Positions 43,887 through 53,728 of a stretch of 60,862 bases of DNA are shown here, piece after piece (position 1 is the first letter of the stretch; each line of letters begins with the position of its first letter). A model generated the notes under the pieces. That model was not told the DNA's origin. It did no database searches and was given only the letters and a program-made list of their open reading frames with translations. Both the position numbers and the translations under genes were made by a program. The stretch lies in IMG/VR virus record IMGVR_UViG_3300010352_002076; one strand, given 5' to 3'. This DNA is from an uncultured virus (IMG/VR IMGVR_UViG_3300010352_002076). Taxonomy: Duplodnaviria; Heunggongvirae; Uroviricota; Caudoviricetes.

Positions 43887-45480
43887 AGGTCACCTCGATG
43901 TTGCCCGTGGGGGCCGTGAAGAACGTGTTCTCCGGCGAGCAGGCATTGTCGACGTCGACGGGGAGATCGACGCCCTGCGACGGGATCAGGAGCAGCTCGG
44001 CACCGGTGGGTGCCAGCACGGAGCCCGAAAGCAGGATATCCACGACGTCGCCCTGAAACGAGATCGTCTGCAGCGCCGAGATCACGACGTAGAGGCTGAG
44101 CCTGGTGGTCCCGAAGGGGAGCGCGTTGATGGCCCCAGCGATGGCGGTCTGGACGTCGAGCACCGCGGGGACCGTGGTTCCCTTCTTGGGGCGCAGCGTG
44201 ATCGCAACCTCGACCATGCAGGGCACCCCCGCCTTGACGAGGTAGTCCGTGCCGGCCGGCCGGTTCGTGCCGTAGCAGTAGTTCCCGACGGTGGCGACCT
44301 CAGGCATGTAGAGGACGTCGACCTCATAGGCCTGGGAGTCACCAGAGGCGATCACAGTGGACGCCGGGGTCGAGGTGTCCGTGAACACGACGCGGAGATC
44401 GGCGATGCCGCCGTAGATGTAGTCCGAGGCCGTCCTGGTCTTCGGGGTGAAGACGAGGTCGGTCCGGATCATGGGGGTCACGGATCCCGGGGCGTCGCCC
44501 TGGACGCCCTGGATCCCAGCCGGCCGGATCGCGAGGATCCGATAGATCCCGGCGGCGTCGTCGTTGGCGATCGTGAACGCCATGTCGCGGACCGCGCTGA
44601 AGGCCGTGGCGGTGACCGGCAGCGTCTTCTGCTGCGGGAACGCGGATGTCTTCACGTAGATGTCTTCGGTCCCGGGGATCGAGATCCCGAAGACGTTGCC
44701 ACGGTTCCGGGTCATCAGGGCGGACCCGATGCCGAGGACCGCGGTCTGGATCCCGGGCAGCAGGACGCTCAGCGCGGCCTGGATGTGCTCCGGGCCAGCC
44801 AGCGTGGTCGCCGTGATCCCGGACTGCGCCCGGGCCAGGAGCTCAGCGGAGGTCTCCTGGTCGGCGCCGCCGACGAAGTCCGTGGCCACCGTGGCAGCGG
44901 TCATGCCGTCCATGGGGGACTGGATCGTCAGCGAGGTACCAGCCGAGAGCAGCCCGGCGGTGCCCGCGGCGTCAGCGGTGACGCTCAGCGTGAACTCGTA
45001 GGTGCCGTCGGCGCGGAGCACGAGCTTCTTGGTGGTGCTGGTCTCCGTGATCCCGGACCCCGTCGGGTAGACCCGGACCGCATCCGTGGTTGAGAAGGTG
45101 TTCCCGTTGGCGACGAACGGGAACCCGGCAGGGATCAGGTACCCTGTGTTCAGTGCGGTCACGACGCGAACCGGGCCCGAGGCGGCTGAGGCCAGGCGGC
45201 GCGTCAGGAAGTAGTTCGAGATCAGGGAGTCGACGTGGGCGTCGTCCACGGTGGAGAGGTTGGCCGCGATGGCGGCCAGACTGAACGACAGGTTCAAGGC
45301 GTTGTAGCGGGCAGTGTGCTGAGCCGCCATCTGGGCCTCGTTCTCGACGACGAGTCCGACCACTGCGGAGCCGTCGCTGAGATCCAGCGTGGGGTCCCGG
45401 GCAGCCAGGGTCGCCACGACGACATCCTTGTTGTTTTGGAACTCGTCGGCGGAAATCGGGTCAGTGAGGGCAGCGGTCAT
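43876..45480 (-). CDS. baseplate J-like wedge protein
   Basis: LDLSDGS..., LTRRLASAASG, IPAG, GGADQETSAELLAR motifs. Confidence 0.85.
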   Translation of the reverse strand: MTAALTDPISADEFQNNKDVVVATLAARDPTLDLSDGSAVVGLVVENEAQMAAQHTARYNALNLSFSLAAIAANLSTVDDAHVDSLISNYFLTRRLASAASGPVRVVTALNTGYLIPAGFPFVANGNTFSTTDAVRVYPTGSGITETSTTKKLVLRADGTYEFTLSVTADAAGTAGLLSAGTSLTIQSPMDGMTAATVATDFVGGADQETSAELLARAQSGITATTLAGPEHIQAALSVLLPGIQTAVLGIGSALMTRNRGNVFGISIPGTEDIYVKTSAFPQQKTLPVTATAFSAVRDMAFTIANDDAAGIYRILAIRPAGIQGVQGDAPGSVTPMIRTDLVFTPKTRTASDYIYGGIADLRVVFTDTSTPASTVIASGDSQAYEVDVLYMPEVATVGNYCYGTNRPAGTDYLVKAGVPCMVEVAITLRPKKGTTVPAVLDVQTAIAGAINALPFGTTRLSLYVVISALQTISFQGDVVDILLSGSVLAPTGAELLLIPSQGVDLPVDVDNACSPENTFFTAPTGNIEVTFVS

Positions 45481-45875
45481 TGGGGTCCCACGGGAAGCTG
45501 GAGGTCAACGGAGCCATCGACGGTCCGTAGGGTTACGGAGAGCCGGATCGAGGCGCCGACCCGGGCGAAGTCAGTGAGATCGGCGCGCAGGAGCTGCTCC
45601 GACGACGGTAGCGTGGACTGGTCCCCGAGCTGGCGGACAACCTCCGCAGCCGCCAGTGCGAAGCGCTGCAGGATCTGAGCGTTGGTCCTGATCAGCCCAG
45701 TCACCATATCCGCGTTGAAGTCGGTGCCGCGGTCACGGGTCACATCGTAATCCGACAGGAACAGGGAGGCGAACTTGGTCACGAGCTTCGCGGTGCCCTC
45801 CAGGGTAGCCGTTGAGGCATACCGAACCGTGGTTGCGGGCTTCTGGCCCTGGAAGATGGCGAGGTCACGACTCAT
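45477..45875 (-). CDS. gp25/W-like baseplate (sheath initiator) protein
   Basis: G..KL...F...FL...RGTDF pattern, size, position before J. Confidence 0.6.
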   Translation of the reverse strand: MSRDLAIFQGQKPATTVRYASTATLEGTAKLVTKFASLFLSDYDVTRDRGTDFNADMVTGLIRTNAQILQRFALAAAEVVRQLGDQSTLPSSEQLLRADLTDFARVGASIRLSVTLRTVDGSVDLQLPVGPQ

Positions 45876-46300
45876 GTCTTCTGGGGGCCTATGGGGAGAT
45901 CGTCGGACAGGAGGAGGTCGTCGAGGTGGTCGCTCCGACGCGACGCATCTTCCACTGTGGTGCGGAGCTGGGCAAGGGCGGCGCCGCGAGAGCTACGAAG
46001 CACCGCTGAGGTCCGGCGCGCAGCCTCCAGCACGGCGTCCTGGAGCTCCAGGCCGGTAAGGTAGGTCGATAACGTCACGGTGTCCTCGGCGTCACCGATC
46101 ACTGCCTCGTAGGCGGCGTGGATGCCGGCAGTGGGCGGGTACCCCGGGGTCGCCTGTTCCTGACCCGCCAGGGGGTCCCTGGCGGCGTTGGAGAAGTCAC
46201 CGGTCTGGAGCCCCACGTTGAGCCCGTTGAGCTCGGAGTCGCGGACCTGGCGCCACGCCGTGGTCTCCGCAGTGGTCTGGCGCTGCTTCGCTTCAACCAT
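45872..46300 (-). CDS. hypothetical protein (142 aa)
   Basis: Operon packing. Confidence 0.6.
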   Translation of the reverse strand: MVEAKQRQTTAETTAWRQVRDSELNGLNVGLQTGDFSNAARDPLAGQEQATPGYPPTAGIHAAYEAVIGDAEDTVTLSTYLTGLELQDAVLEAARRTSAVLRSSRGAALAQLRTTVEDASRRSDHLDDLLLSDDLPIGPQKT

Positions 46301-47153
46301 TGTATTCGTCCAGCTTGGCCTGGATCCGGGAGACGCGCTGGCTGATCGCGGCGGGGCTCAGGCGGAGCCGCTTCGCGATGTCGACGTTGCTGAGCACAGG
46401 GGCGCCGCGGTACCCGGTGCGGTACTGCATCACGACCCGGTCGACCTCAGGGAGATCGTGGTACACGGCATCGATCCAGTCATCGTAGCCAGTGCGTTCC
46501 GCGGCGGTGACATCCCTGTCGGTCTCGGAGTCATCATCGTTGCCGAAGCCCTCGGTGTACTGGCTCTCGGAGACCCGGCTCCGGATCCCCTTGCGGATCT
46601 TGGTGACGCGGCGCACCGGGAGCCCCGTGAGCTCCGAGATCTCCTCGTCCGTGGGCTCCCGGCCGATGTCGTCCGCGGCCTGGCTGATCGCAGCCATGAT
46701 CTTCCCACTGTCCCGCCGGGTCCGTTCCGGCTGCGGCATCGGGTCCGAGATCTGAGGGGCCTCGCGCTGGAGCCGCTGGAGCTGGCGGTACACATGGGTG
46801 TTGAGATCAGCGCCCTGGTCCGGCTTGAAGGAACGAATGGCCCCAGCGGCGATGATCCTGGCGCGGCTCCTGACGACCTCAGTGGCGTTCGGAGCGTAGG
46901 CCCGGAGTGCCTTCTCGATCGTCGGGTTCAGGTGGTCCACTACGCCGCGGAGCCCCTGCGGCGTCGGCTTGCGCCGGTAGTCCGCGAAGGGATCAGGCGA
47001 GGTTGCTGGATCCGTTGTTGACGGGGAAGTCCCCCACTCCCGTGACAGCTCGGCTGTTGGGGTCCACGGGCGTGGTGTCAGGGGCTTCGTCGAGGCGGGC
47101 TCCGAGGTAAGTCGTGGCCCATATTGGGTGGAGATCCGAGGTACCCCCTGCAT
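46293..47153 (-). CDS. sigma-70 family RNA polymerase sigma factor (probable late sigma); start uncertain
   Basis: Region 2 AIRSFKPDQGADLNTHV, region 3 IGREPTDEEISELTG, region 4 LSNVDIAKRLRLSPAAISQR. Confidence 0.8.
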   Translation of the reverse strand: MQGVPRISTQYGPRLTSEPASTKPLTPRPWTPTAELSREWGTSPSTTDPATSPDPFADYRRKPTPQGLRGVVDHLNPTIEKALRAYAPNATEVVRSRARIIAAGAIRSFKPDQGADLNTHVYRQLQRLQREAPQISDPMPQPERTRRDSGKIMAAISQAADDIGREPTDEEISELTGLPVRRVTKIRKGIRSRVSESQYTEGFGNDDDSETDRDVTAAERTGYDDWIDAVYHDLPEVDRVVMQYRTGYRGAPVLSNVDIAKRLRLSPAAISQRVSRIQAKLDEYNG

Positions 47154-48825
47154 ACGATCCAAGAGGTCCGGGGTCGACGTCCTGGGCCTGCTGCTGATCC
47201 GATCGGGCATACATGATCTCCAGGACGGTTACGGCCCGTTTTGATGCGGCGTCGAGAACAATGCTAACGCCCTCTACGGACCCATAAATAGCCGCGGCGT
47301 CGATGAGCCCGGTGCCAGCCACGTCCGGGTAGACCATTCGTACCGGGGTGCATACCCCGATATCCAGCCGTAGTGGGCATTCCACGGTCAAGCTGTGCCC
47401 CATGTAGGCCTGCTTCAGCGTGAGCTCCCTGGCGTAGGGGTCCCCGAACTTCCGGAGCTCGTCGACATAGAAGCGGTTCCGGGCCGCTTCTACGCGTGCT
47501 GCCGTGTTCGTTTTGCCGGTCTGGCCCGAGAGCCAGGTCGGCGCCGGGAGCGCCATCAGCATGCCCAGGGCGTTCCCGTTGGGATCAAGCGGGTTCGTTG
47601 GGATCGGGGTCCCGGGACGGCTGTAGGCCCCGTAAACCGCGAACGTGGCCGCGGACTGCCCATCGCTACGGGCCGACGCGAACAGGGTTCCGCGGAGGTT
47701 GTCGACGAACGCCAGACCTGCCAGGGTGGCCGTGGAGTGCGATGTCCACTGCGTCGAGTACACAGTGTCAGGCCAGATCGTGGCCTTGATGGCAGACCGT
47801 GGCACGAACGGGGTGTACGGGACCACGGCGTAGCCGAGACCGTTCTCGATCAGCGCGAAGTGGAAGTCCTCAGCGAGCGCCTTGATGCGCTGCAGGATGC
47901 TCTGCTGGGCCAGATCGTAGTGCAGCTCGGCATTGAAATATGCCGTGACGACCTGACCCATCGCGGTCGTGCTGAAGATGCCGCCAGGGAGCCCGCCACC
48001 GATCTGGTTCAGCATCGCCGCGTTGACCGTGGATCGCTTTCCCTGGAGCTTGAACTCCTGGATGAAGGCTCCCAGCGCGTTCGTGTTGGCGACGCCGATG
48101 AGGGACTCCTCGATGTTGATGATGCGGAGGTAGCAGTCCTTGATCGACTTCCAGAAGTCGACGCCGGGGTCCCCTTTGATTCCGATGGGGAAGTTGTTGT
48201 TCAGCAGGTTGGCGAGGCCACCACCGAGGTAACCTGACGGAAGTCCGGAATACTGCAGGGAGCCCGTGGCGAGATAAATCAGTTTAGAGACAATGATGAC
48301 GCGCAAGTTGAATCGACCGTGGCTCAAGTTGCTGGGACCACCGTCGTCGACGACCCCATCGAACAGGACATGGGTGCCCTTCTTGAGCAGGAGGCTTCGA
48401 CCCTCGCGGCCATCAGCCGCGCCAGTTTCAGAGCCGACGTCACGGTCGACCTCAACGAGAACCCGTGCAGGGGTGCCTCGGATGAACTTGAAGTTCGCTG
48501 GGATCGCTTTGCGCCCAGCAATGTCCCGTGTGTTCGTGCCGACGGCCAGCTCACAGATCGCTCTGCCCTCGTGCTTGGACTGCGTCACGGCAACCTGGAC
48601 TGCAGCATACTCGACGCTGCCGATCTCGACCCAGGCGCGGAACGCGAACGACACCGATGGGAGATCACCCTGGCGGGTCGACGACAACAGGCTGGCAAGA
48701 CGGTCTCCGCTGGGAGACGATGCAGGCTTGGTGTACGACGTCGCGTTGGCGCCCTCAGTCGTGGAACCGTCGGCGCGGGTTGCGAAGTTACCAACCCCGA
48801 ATCCTCCTCCTTGCGCCGTAGCCAT
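46993..48825 (-). CDS. baseplate hub-like protein (610 aa)
   Basis: Position after TMP; VLFDGVVD and ECPLRLDI...YGSVEGVSI tube-fold-like strands. Confidence 0.55.
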   Translation of the reverse strand: MATAQGGGFGVGNFATRADGSTTEGANATSYTKPASSPSGDRLASLLSSTRQGDLPSVSFAFRAWVEIGSVEYAAVQVAVTQSKHEGRAICELAVGTNTRDIAGRKAIPANFKFIRGTPARVLVEVDRDVGSETGAADGREGRSLLLKKGTHVLFDGVVDDGGPSNLSHGRFNLRVIIVSKLIYLATGSLQYSGLPSGYLGGGLANLLNNNFPIGIKGDPGVDFWKSIKDCYLRIINIEESLIGVANTNALGAFIQEFKLQGKRSTVNAAMLNQIGGGLPGGIFSTTAMGQVVTAYFNAELHYDLAQQSILQRIKALAEDFHFALIENGLGYAVVPYTPFVPRSAIKATIWPDTVYSTQWTSHSTATLAGLAFVDNLRGTLFASARSDGQSAATFAVYGAYSRPGTPIPTNPLDPNGNALGMLMALPAPTWLSGQTGKTNTAARVEAARNRFYVDELRKFGDPYARELTLKQAYMGHSLTVECPLRLDIGVCTPVRMVYPDVAGTGLIDAAAIYGSVEGVSIVLDAASKRAVTVLEIMYARSDQQQAQDVDPGPLGSYAGGTSDLHPIWATTYLGARLDEAPDTTPVDPNSRAVTGVGDFPVNNGSSNLA

Positions 48826-49541
48826 TAGACTGCCCCACCAAGGCCAGCCACCACAGCGGCGAGACGATCAAGCTGCAGCGGGCATGTCCGGAATGCCGCA
48901 GCGAGTCGCGGGGACAGGAACGCAGCTGGCGACAGCGTGTCAACACGTCGCGCCGCGGTCTGAACCCAGGGCTCCGCTTTCTGGCGGTACGTGATCTCCC
49001 AGTATTGGCCGACCACAGGGGTCCCGTAGAGCGTCACGGCGCCGTCCAGGGACGGGAACGTGATCAGACCAGAGACACCGCCGGCGTAGGTGAACGAAGC
49101 CACCCCGGTGCCACCGCGGTCGTCCTGCACGGACATGGTGCCATTGCCGGCTGAGGCCGTGAGGACTCGCAGGAACCAGCGGCCCACCGTGGGCGTCTTC
49201 GGCAGCGCCGTGAACACGGCCTCCACGGCGAACGGGGACTGCACCGCGAAGCCCTGCAGCATGAACAGGCTGCGCAGCGCGGCACGGGTGTACGTGACCC
49301 GGGGATCTCTGTACGTGATGGCGTCCTGGAACGGGGACTCCGCGACGAGATCCGCGAGCTGGGCACAGCGCAGGAAGGTCTCAAGGCGCGATAGCCCGGT
49401 GCCGATCAGGGCGCCGCGGAGCACGGCTTCTTCACCTGCGATGACTCGCGGCGTGAACACGGGCCACATCACTACTGGAATCGACGAGGAGTCCGGCGAC
49501 ACGGGATCGTTGTCGAGGTAGGCCAGGAAGTCGTTGATCAT
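48825..49541 (-). CDS. hypothetical tail/baseplate protein (238 aa)
   Basis: Operon packing. Confidence 0.6.
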   Translation of the reverse strand: MINDFLAYLDNDPVSPDSSSIPVVMWPVFTPRVIAGEEAVLRGALIGTGLSRLETFLRCAQLADLVAESPFQDAITYRDPRVTYTRAALRSLFMLQGFAVQSPFAVEAVFTALPKTPTVGRWFLRVLTASAGNGTMSVQDDRGGTGVASFTYAGGVSGLITFPSLDGAVTLYGTPVVGQYWEITYRQKAEPWVQTAARRVDTLSPAAFLSPRLAAAFRTCPLQLDRLAAVVAGLGGAV

Positions 49542-50005
49542 TGGACGTTCCAGGCCACAAGGCTGAGCTGGCTCCGCACCATACCGCCCTCGGCGGCCTG
49601 AGCGTCGAGATCGGAACCGAGCACGTAGCCCTTGAACACGCTGGCTCCGATGGCCAACGTGACTGGCTGTGTCTTGGCCCGTTGCAGCTTATTGGCCTTG
49701 TACCACTGAAGGAGTCGCTGGACGCCGTCGCTAGTTCCGGATCCCGAGGTACACAACATGCCGTGCACCAAGGTGACCGTCATCTGGCCGGCCTCGTCGC
49801 CGAACGGCACCACGAAGAGGCTTTCGTCAAGCGTGACCTGAAGCTGCGCCGCGACACGCTGGCCGACGCGGACGCCGGTAACGATTCCAGTGCTGTCGAG
49901 ATCTCCGTTTTGATCTTTGACGATGAGACGGAAGGTCTGGGCGTCGTCCGCAGCGAGCACCTTGACGATACGGCCTGGCACTGACGAAAAGATGAGATCA
50001 GACAT
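49538..50005 (-). CDS. tube-fold baseplate protein (tail tube initiator-like)
   Basis: Q..TLD...V.PFGD..G.M.V pattern; immediately after TMP. Confidence 0.5.
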   Translation of the reverse strand: MSDLIFSSVPGRIVKVLAADDAQTFRLIVKDQNGDLDSTGIVTGVRVGQRVAAQLQVTLDESLFVVPFGDEAGQMTVTLVHGMLCTSGSGTSDGVQRLLQWYKANKLQRAKTQPVTLAIGASVFKGYVLGSDLDAQAAEGGMVRSQLSLVAWNVQ

Positions 50006-50008
50006 GGC

Positions 50009-52555
50009 CTAGCGACCTCTTGGTGCCGACGTCGGTGTCGTGGTTTTCACGCCCTTTTGATCACCCTGGGCTTGCTCTACAGCGACACCCGCATTCGGGA
50101 CCTGGTTGAAGATCTTCACTACGACCTCACTGGCGCGGTCAGCGAACGCCTTACCCTTCGAGGTGTCCTTGTCTGCTGGAGGCGTGTCTGCTGTCGGGAG
50201 CGCGCCGCCACCAACCATCTTGACCAGTGTTTCAAGCACCCCGGTCAGCTTGGTCAGCGCGTTCGTGTTGAGCCCCCGTGCCTCGGCATCCTTGCGATCC
50301 GCGTCACTCATCGTGATGTTGGGATCGATGTTGAAGCCGTACTGACGCATCGAGCCGGCCGCTTCAGTGAGTTCCTTGCGGGCCTCGGTGCGCGCCGCTG
50401 AACCTTCGTCCTGCCCTTCGGTCCCGGCGAACGCAGCGCGGGCCCTGGCGTACCGACGCATGTCGGTCGCGAAAGACTCCCGATCTCTGGGATCCTTGAG
50501 CGCCTCATTCAGCGCAGCCACCGCGGTGGCTTGGTCTTCAGGGGCGAAGAGCCCAGCGTCGACACCCAGCTTACCCCAGTCCTCGCCATAGCTCATGACA
50601 TCGAACTTGGAGTCCAGGAGTCGGGCACCGAGCATGGCGCTGCCGCCGCGAACCACGTTCAGCTTGCCCAGCTTGCTCAGGGACTGCTGGACCTCGGCGA
50701 ATCGCTTCAGATCCGCTGCCTGGTTTGCCGCGTTGTCCTCGGCGCTGTAGCCTTGCGCGATGCCGCGAAGGTTGCCGCCCTGCATCGTCTTAGCGAGTGA
50801 GAGCGCCTTGAGTTCTCGCAGCGACATATTCATGGTCTGCTGGACGCGGTCGTTGAGGGTGGCTTCTTCAATCGCGGTCATGCCCTCACCGGCACGATTC
50901 GTGAGCATCGCGCTGACGAGGCGACGACTCTCCTTGTCTGACATCAGCTTCTCAAACCCGGCGTCCAGTTCTGCACCGGTTACGGTTCTCCCAGAGGTCA
51001 GCTGAACCGTACCGATGCGCAACTCCTTGCGCTGGTTATCGAGCATTGCCCGGTTCATCAGCGCGTAGACGGCGCCAGGGCTGGAGCCGTCCTGTAGAGC
51101 ACGCATCCCCGCGGCCATCATGGCCGGGTCCTGCTGAAGCAGACGAGCGTTACTGGCGTCCACGGCGCCCATGTTTTCGATCTCGCGCTGCACCCCGGCA
51201 GGGTCCGAGGCCAGCCGGGCAGCGAAAGCGGGGCCGTCCAGAAGGGTGCGGTAGGCGAGGCGGGCTGCGAACTGGGACCCCGCAGCCTCGGCGTGGCGCT
51301 GCGTCAGCTCTCCAGTGAACATCCCGGAGAACTCTTTGTTACCACCGGCCAGGCGGAACGTGCGGTCCATGCTCTGCCCAGCCGCCAGGGCCGTGGCATG
51401 GTACATCGTGGTGCCGCCGTAGTTCTGCTGCAGCGCCGAGGCGTTCTTGATCAGAGCTTCCGTCGACATCGCTGCGGCCCGGGCCAGCGCTTGGAGCTGG
51501 ATTACGGTCTCGTCCAGCTTGGAGACATCCTTATCGCTTCGGAGCTGGATGTGCTCGCTGTCCATGAACGCCAGGAGCTGCGGCAGCTGGGCGTTTTGCA
51601 GGAGTCCCTGCTGGATCCGACGCGCCCCTCTGGCTGCAAAGCTGCCGCCGCTGACAGCGGCTTCGTTGCGGATATAGGCGTCAGTGGCGGCGTCAGCCTC
51701 GGCGTCGTCGATGTCGCTGATCTTCTTACGGCGTACGTCCGCGAGCTGCGCCTTGACCTTCATTCGCGTCGACGCCGCGTTCCGGGGGTCCCGGAGCTCG
51801 CGCATCAGCTCAGTGTCCACACTGCCCTGCTGCTGAGCGAAGAGCGTCGCCATGGACATTTCGTCGTTAGTGAACCCGGCAGTGAACGCCTGGTTCCGGA
51901 GCCTGAACGCCTTCTCGTTGCCGAAGTCAGCCACGGCGTCGAAGGACCGCCCCGCAGCGTTGGCCCTGGAGTGCCCCATGAGGCTGGCCTGCATCATCAT
52001 GGCGTGCTCTGGGCTCAGGATCCCCAGGGTGCGCTGGAACTGCGAGGCGTTCATGAGCGAAGCTGACCCATTCGCAGTGATCAGATTCTCATCGAGCATG
52101 TTGGCGAACTTGCCAATGAGCCCGCCGCTCATCTGGTCGAACATCGGCAGGGCCTGGATGATGCCGTAGCCGGCGTCGCCGGGCTTCATGCCCAGGGCGC
52201 TGCCATAGACATCCGAGATCCCGCCCATCCCCATGCGGGCCGCTGTCATCTGGAACGTACGGAACCGGGCCGCGGCTCCGAGATCGGTCCCTGGCGGCAT
52301 CATGAGCCGCTGCATCAGGGGACCCATGGTCGGATGAGACGCGAACATGGTCTGGGCCATCATGGCCACCATGGATCCGGTTTCGCCGAACTGAGACCCC
52401 AGTGCCATCATGGGGTTGTTCGCGGCGACGCCGGACGCGTCGAAGCCAGCGAACTGCGACTGGAACATCTGGGCCCGGTGGGCCTGACCGTAGGCGGCCG
52501 TGCCCTGCATAGCCAGAGCGGCGGCATCCAGGGAGCCCATGGAGAACTCACCCAT
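50009..52555 (-). CDS. tape measure protein
   Basis: Long Ala/Gly/Met-rich helical ORF after the chaperones; start re-picked at MGEFSM, overlapping upstream stop. Confidence 0.7.
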   Translation of the reverse strand: MGEFSMGSLDAAALAMQGTAAYGQAHRAQMFQSQFAGFDASGVAANNPMMALGSQFGETGSMVAMMAQTMFASHPTMGPLMQRLMMPPGTDLGAAARFRTFQMTAARMGMGGISDVYGSALGMKPGDAGYGIIQALPMFDQMSGGLIGKFANMLDENLITANGSASLMNASQFQRTLGILSPEHAMMMQASLMGHSRANAAGRSFDAVADFGNEKAFRLRNQAFTAGFTNDEMSMATLFAQQQGSVDTELMRELRDPRNAASTRMKVKAQLADVRRKKISDIDDAEADAATDAYIRNEAAVSGGSFAARGARRIQQGLLQNAQLPQLLAFMDSEHIQLRSDKDVSKLDETVIQLQALARAAAMSTEALIKNASALQQNYGGTTMYHATALAAGQSMDRTFRLAGGNKEFSGMFTGELTQRHAEAAGSQFAARLAYRTLLDGPAFAARLASDPAGVQREIENMGAVDASNARLLQQDPAMMAAGMRALQDGSSPGAVYALMNRAMLDNQRKELRIGTVQLTSGRTVTGAELDAGFEKLMSDKESRRLVSAMLTNRAGEGMTAIEEATLNDRVQQTMNMSLRELKALSLAKTMQGGNLRGIAQGYSAEDNAANQAADLKRFAEVQQSLSKLGKLNVVRGGSAMLGARLLDSKFDVMSYGEDWGKLGVDAGLFAPEDQATAVAALNEALKDPRDRESFATDMRRYARARAAFAGTEGQDEGSAARTEARKELTEAAGSMRQYGFNIDPNITMSDADRKDAEARGLNTNALTKLTGVLETLVKMVGGGALPTADTPPADKDTSKGKAFADRASEVVVKIFNQVPNAGVAVEQAQGDQKGVKTTTPTSAPRGR

Positions 52556-52925
52556 GACGGAGGGCACCGTCGAGGAGATCAGGGCGGAACGTGGCGTACC
52601 AGTCCAAGAGGTCGTCCATGGGGTCCCCGCCATTCTGCCGAGTGTTCTGGCGCATCCAAGGCATCAACGCGGCCCGGAACCGGTTGATCCCGTCGAACGC
52701 GAACTGCTGACGGATCTCCAGGGATTGTCCGCTGTCGGCGAGCCCCATGGCTGCGATGCAGCGCTCCGCGTCGAGCCGCACGAGCTGGATGGTCTCGCGC
52801 TCCTCGAAGATGCTGATCTGCAGGTTGAGGCGAAGCCAGTCCTGCTCGGTACCAGCCCAGCCCTTAGGATTGAAGAAGCCGGCCCCGACAGCGCGTGCGA
52901 TCAGGCGACAGAGTCGGCTTCCCAA
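52548..52925 (-). CDS. tail assembly chaperone, C-terminal (-1 frameshift) segment
   Basis: No good independent start; lies in the -1 frame relative to the upstream chaperone. Confidence 0.6.
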   Translation of the reverse strand: MGSRLCRLIARAVGAGFFNPKGWAGTEQDWLRLNLQISIFEERETIQLVRLDAERCIAAMGLADSGQSLEIRQQFAFDGINRFRAALMPWMRQNTRQNGGDPMDDLLDWYATFRPDLLDGALRHG

Positions 52926-53728
52926 AAATCCGGGTTATTGGCCTCCATGACCATCTTAGCCACGGTGTTCTCGAACTTGCTGTGCGTGGAACGCAGCGCG
53001 ACGCGCAGGGGCTGCGCGAGCTCACGGTCCAGCTCGAGCCGGGCGGCGCGGAGCTTGGAGGCCCCAACACCGTGCTTCGAGTCTACCACCGCCGTGGTGT
53101 TCACGTCGAACACCCGCGGCGGGGACCCCGAGGATTCGATGGAGTGCAGGGAGGCCACGAACTGGTAGTCGAAGTACCGGTTCATCCGGAGGGACTGGCG
53201 GACCTGAACCTCGACGTTGACCAGGGACTCGAACTCGTCGTCCCGGTAGGCCTGCGCGGCACACATCGCGTCAACCTCGGCGGACCGGGCCATGAACGTG
53301 ACCAGGAGCTTGCCGCCGAACAGCCTGTAGGACTTCCGGAAGGGACTTCCGCCGAGCATCGACACCAGGAACGCAGCCTTGTCGACGTCGTCGACGGTGA
53401 TGTCGGCCCTGGACGCCGGGGCGTCGGTCAGCTTGACCTCACCTTGTTTCAGGAGGGTCTCGCCCGTCTTGGACTTCTCCTCGAAGCTGGATTCGCCAGC
53501 CAGGCTCTGGGCTGCGGCGAGGCGCTCCCGGGCCCTGGCGATGACCCCCGGCGGCGGCGCCGGGGCATCCACGGGCTTCGCGGTCGGCAGCACGGCGTCG
53601 CCGACTACGGCGCGAGGCGCCGCCTTGGCCTGGGGCACCGGAACGGATCCGCGGCTCAGGTCGGCGCCGCTGGCCTCCAGGGCGCTGAGCTCGTCTGGGG
53701 TCAGGTCAGAGACTTTGATTTCAGGCAT
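52901..53728 (-). CDS. tail assembly chaperone (275 aa)
   Basis: Upstream of TMP; ends NPDFW over GGATTTTT; start re-picked MPEIKV. Confidence 0.65.
   Translation of the reverse strand: MPEIKVSDLTPDELSALEASGADLSRGSVPVPQAKAAPRAVVGDAVLPTAKPVDAPAPPPGVIARARERLAAAQSLAGESSFEEKSKTGETLLKQGEVKLTDAPASRADITVDDVDKAAFLVSMLGGSPFRKSYRLFGGKLLVTFMARSAEVDAMCAAQAYRDDEFESLVNVEVQVRQSLRMNRYFDYQFVASLHSIESSGSPPRVFDVNTTAVVDSKHGVGASKLRAARLELDRELAQPLRVALRSTHSKFENTVAKMVMEANNPDFWEADSVA
52924..52931 (-). promoter_or_regulatory. putative -1 ribosomal slippery site GGATTTTT
   Basis: CCG GAT TTT TGG; a -1 slip enters ORF 52548-52925. Confidence 0.6.
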
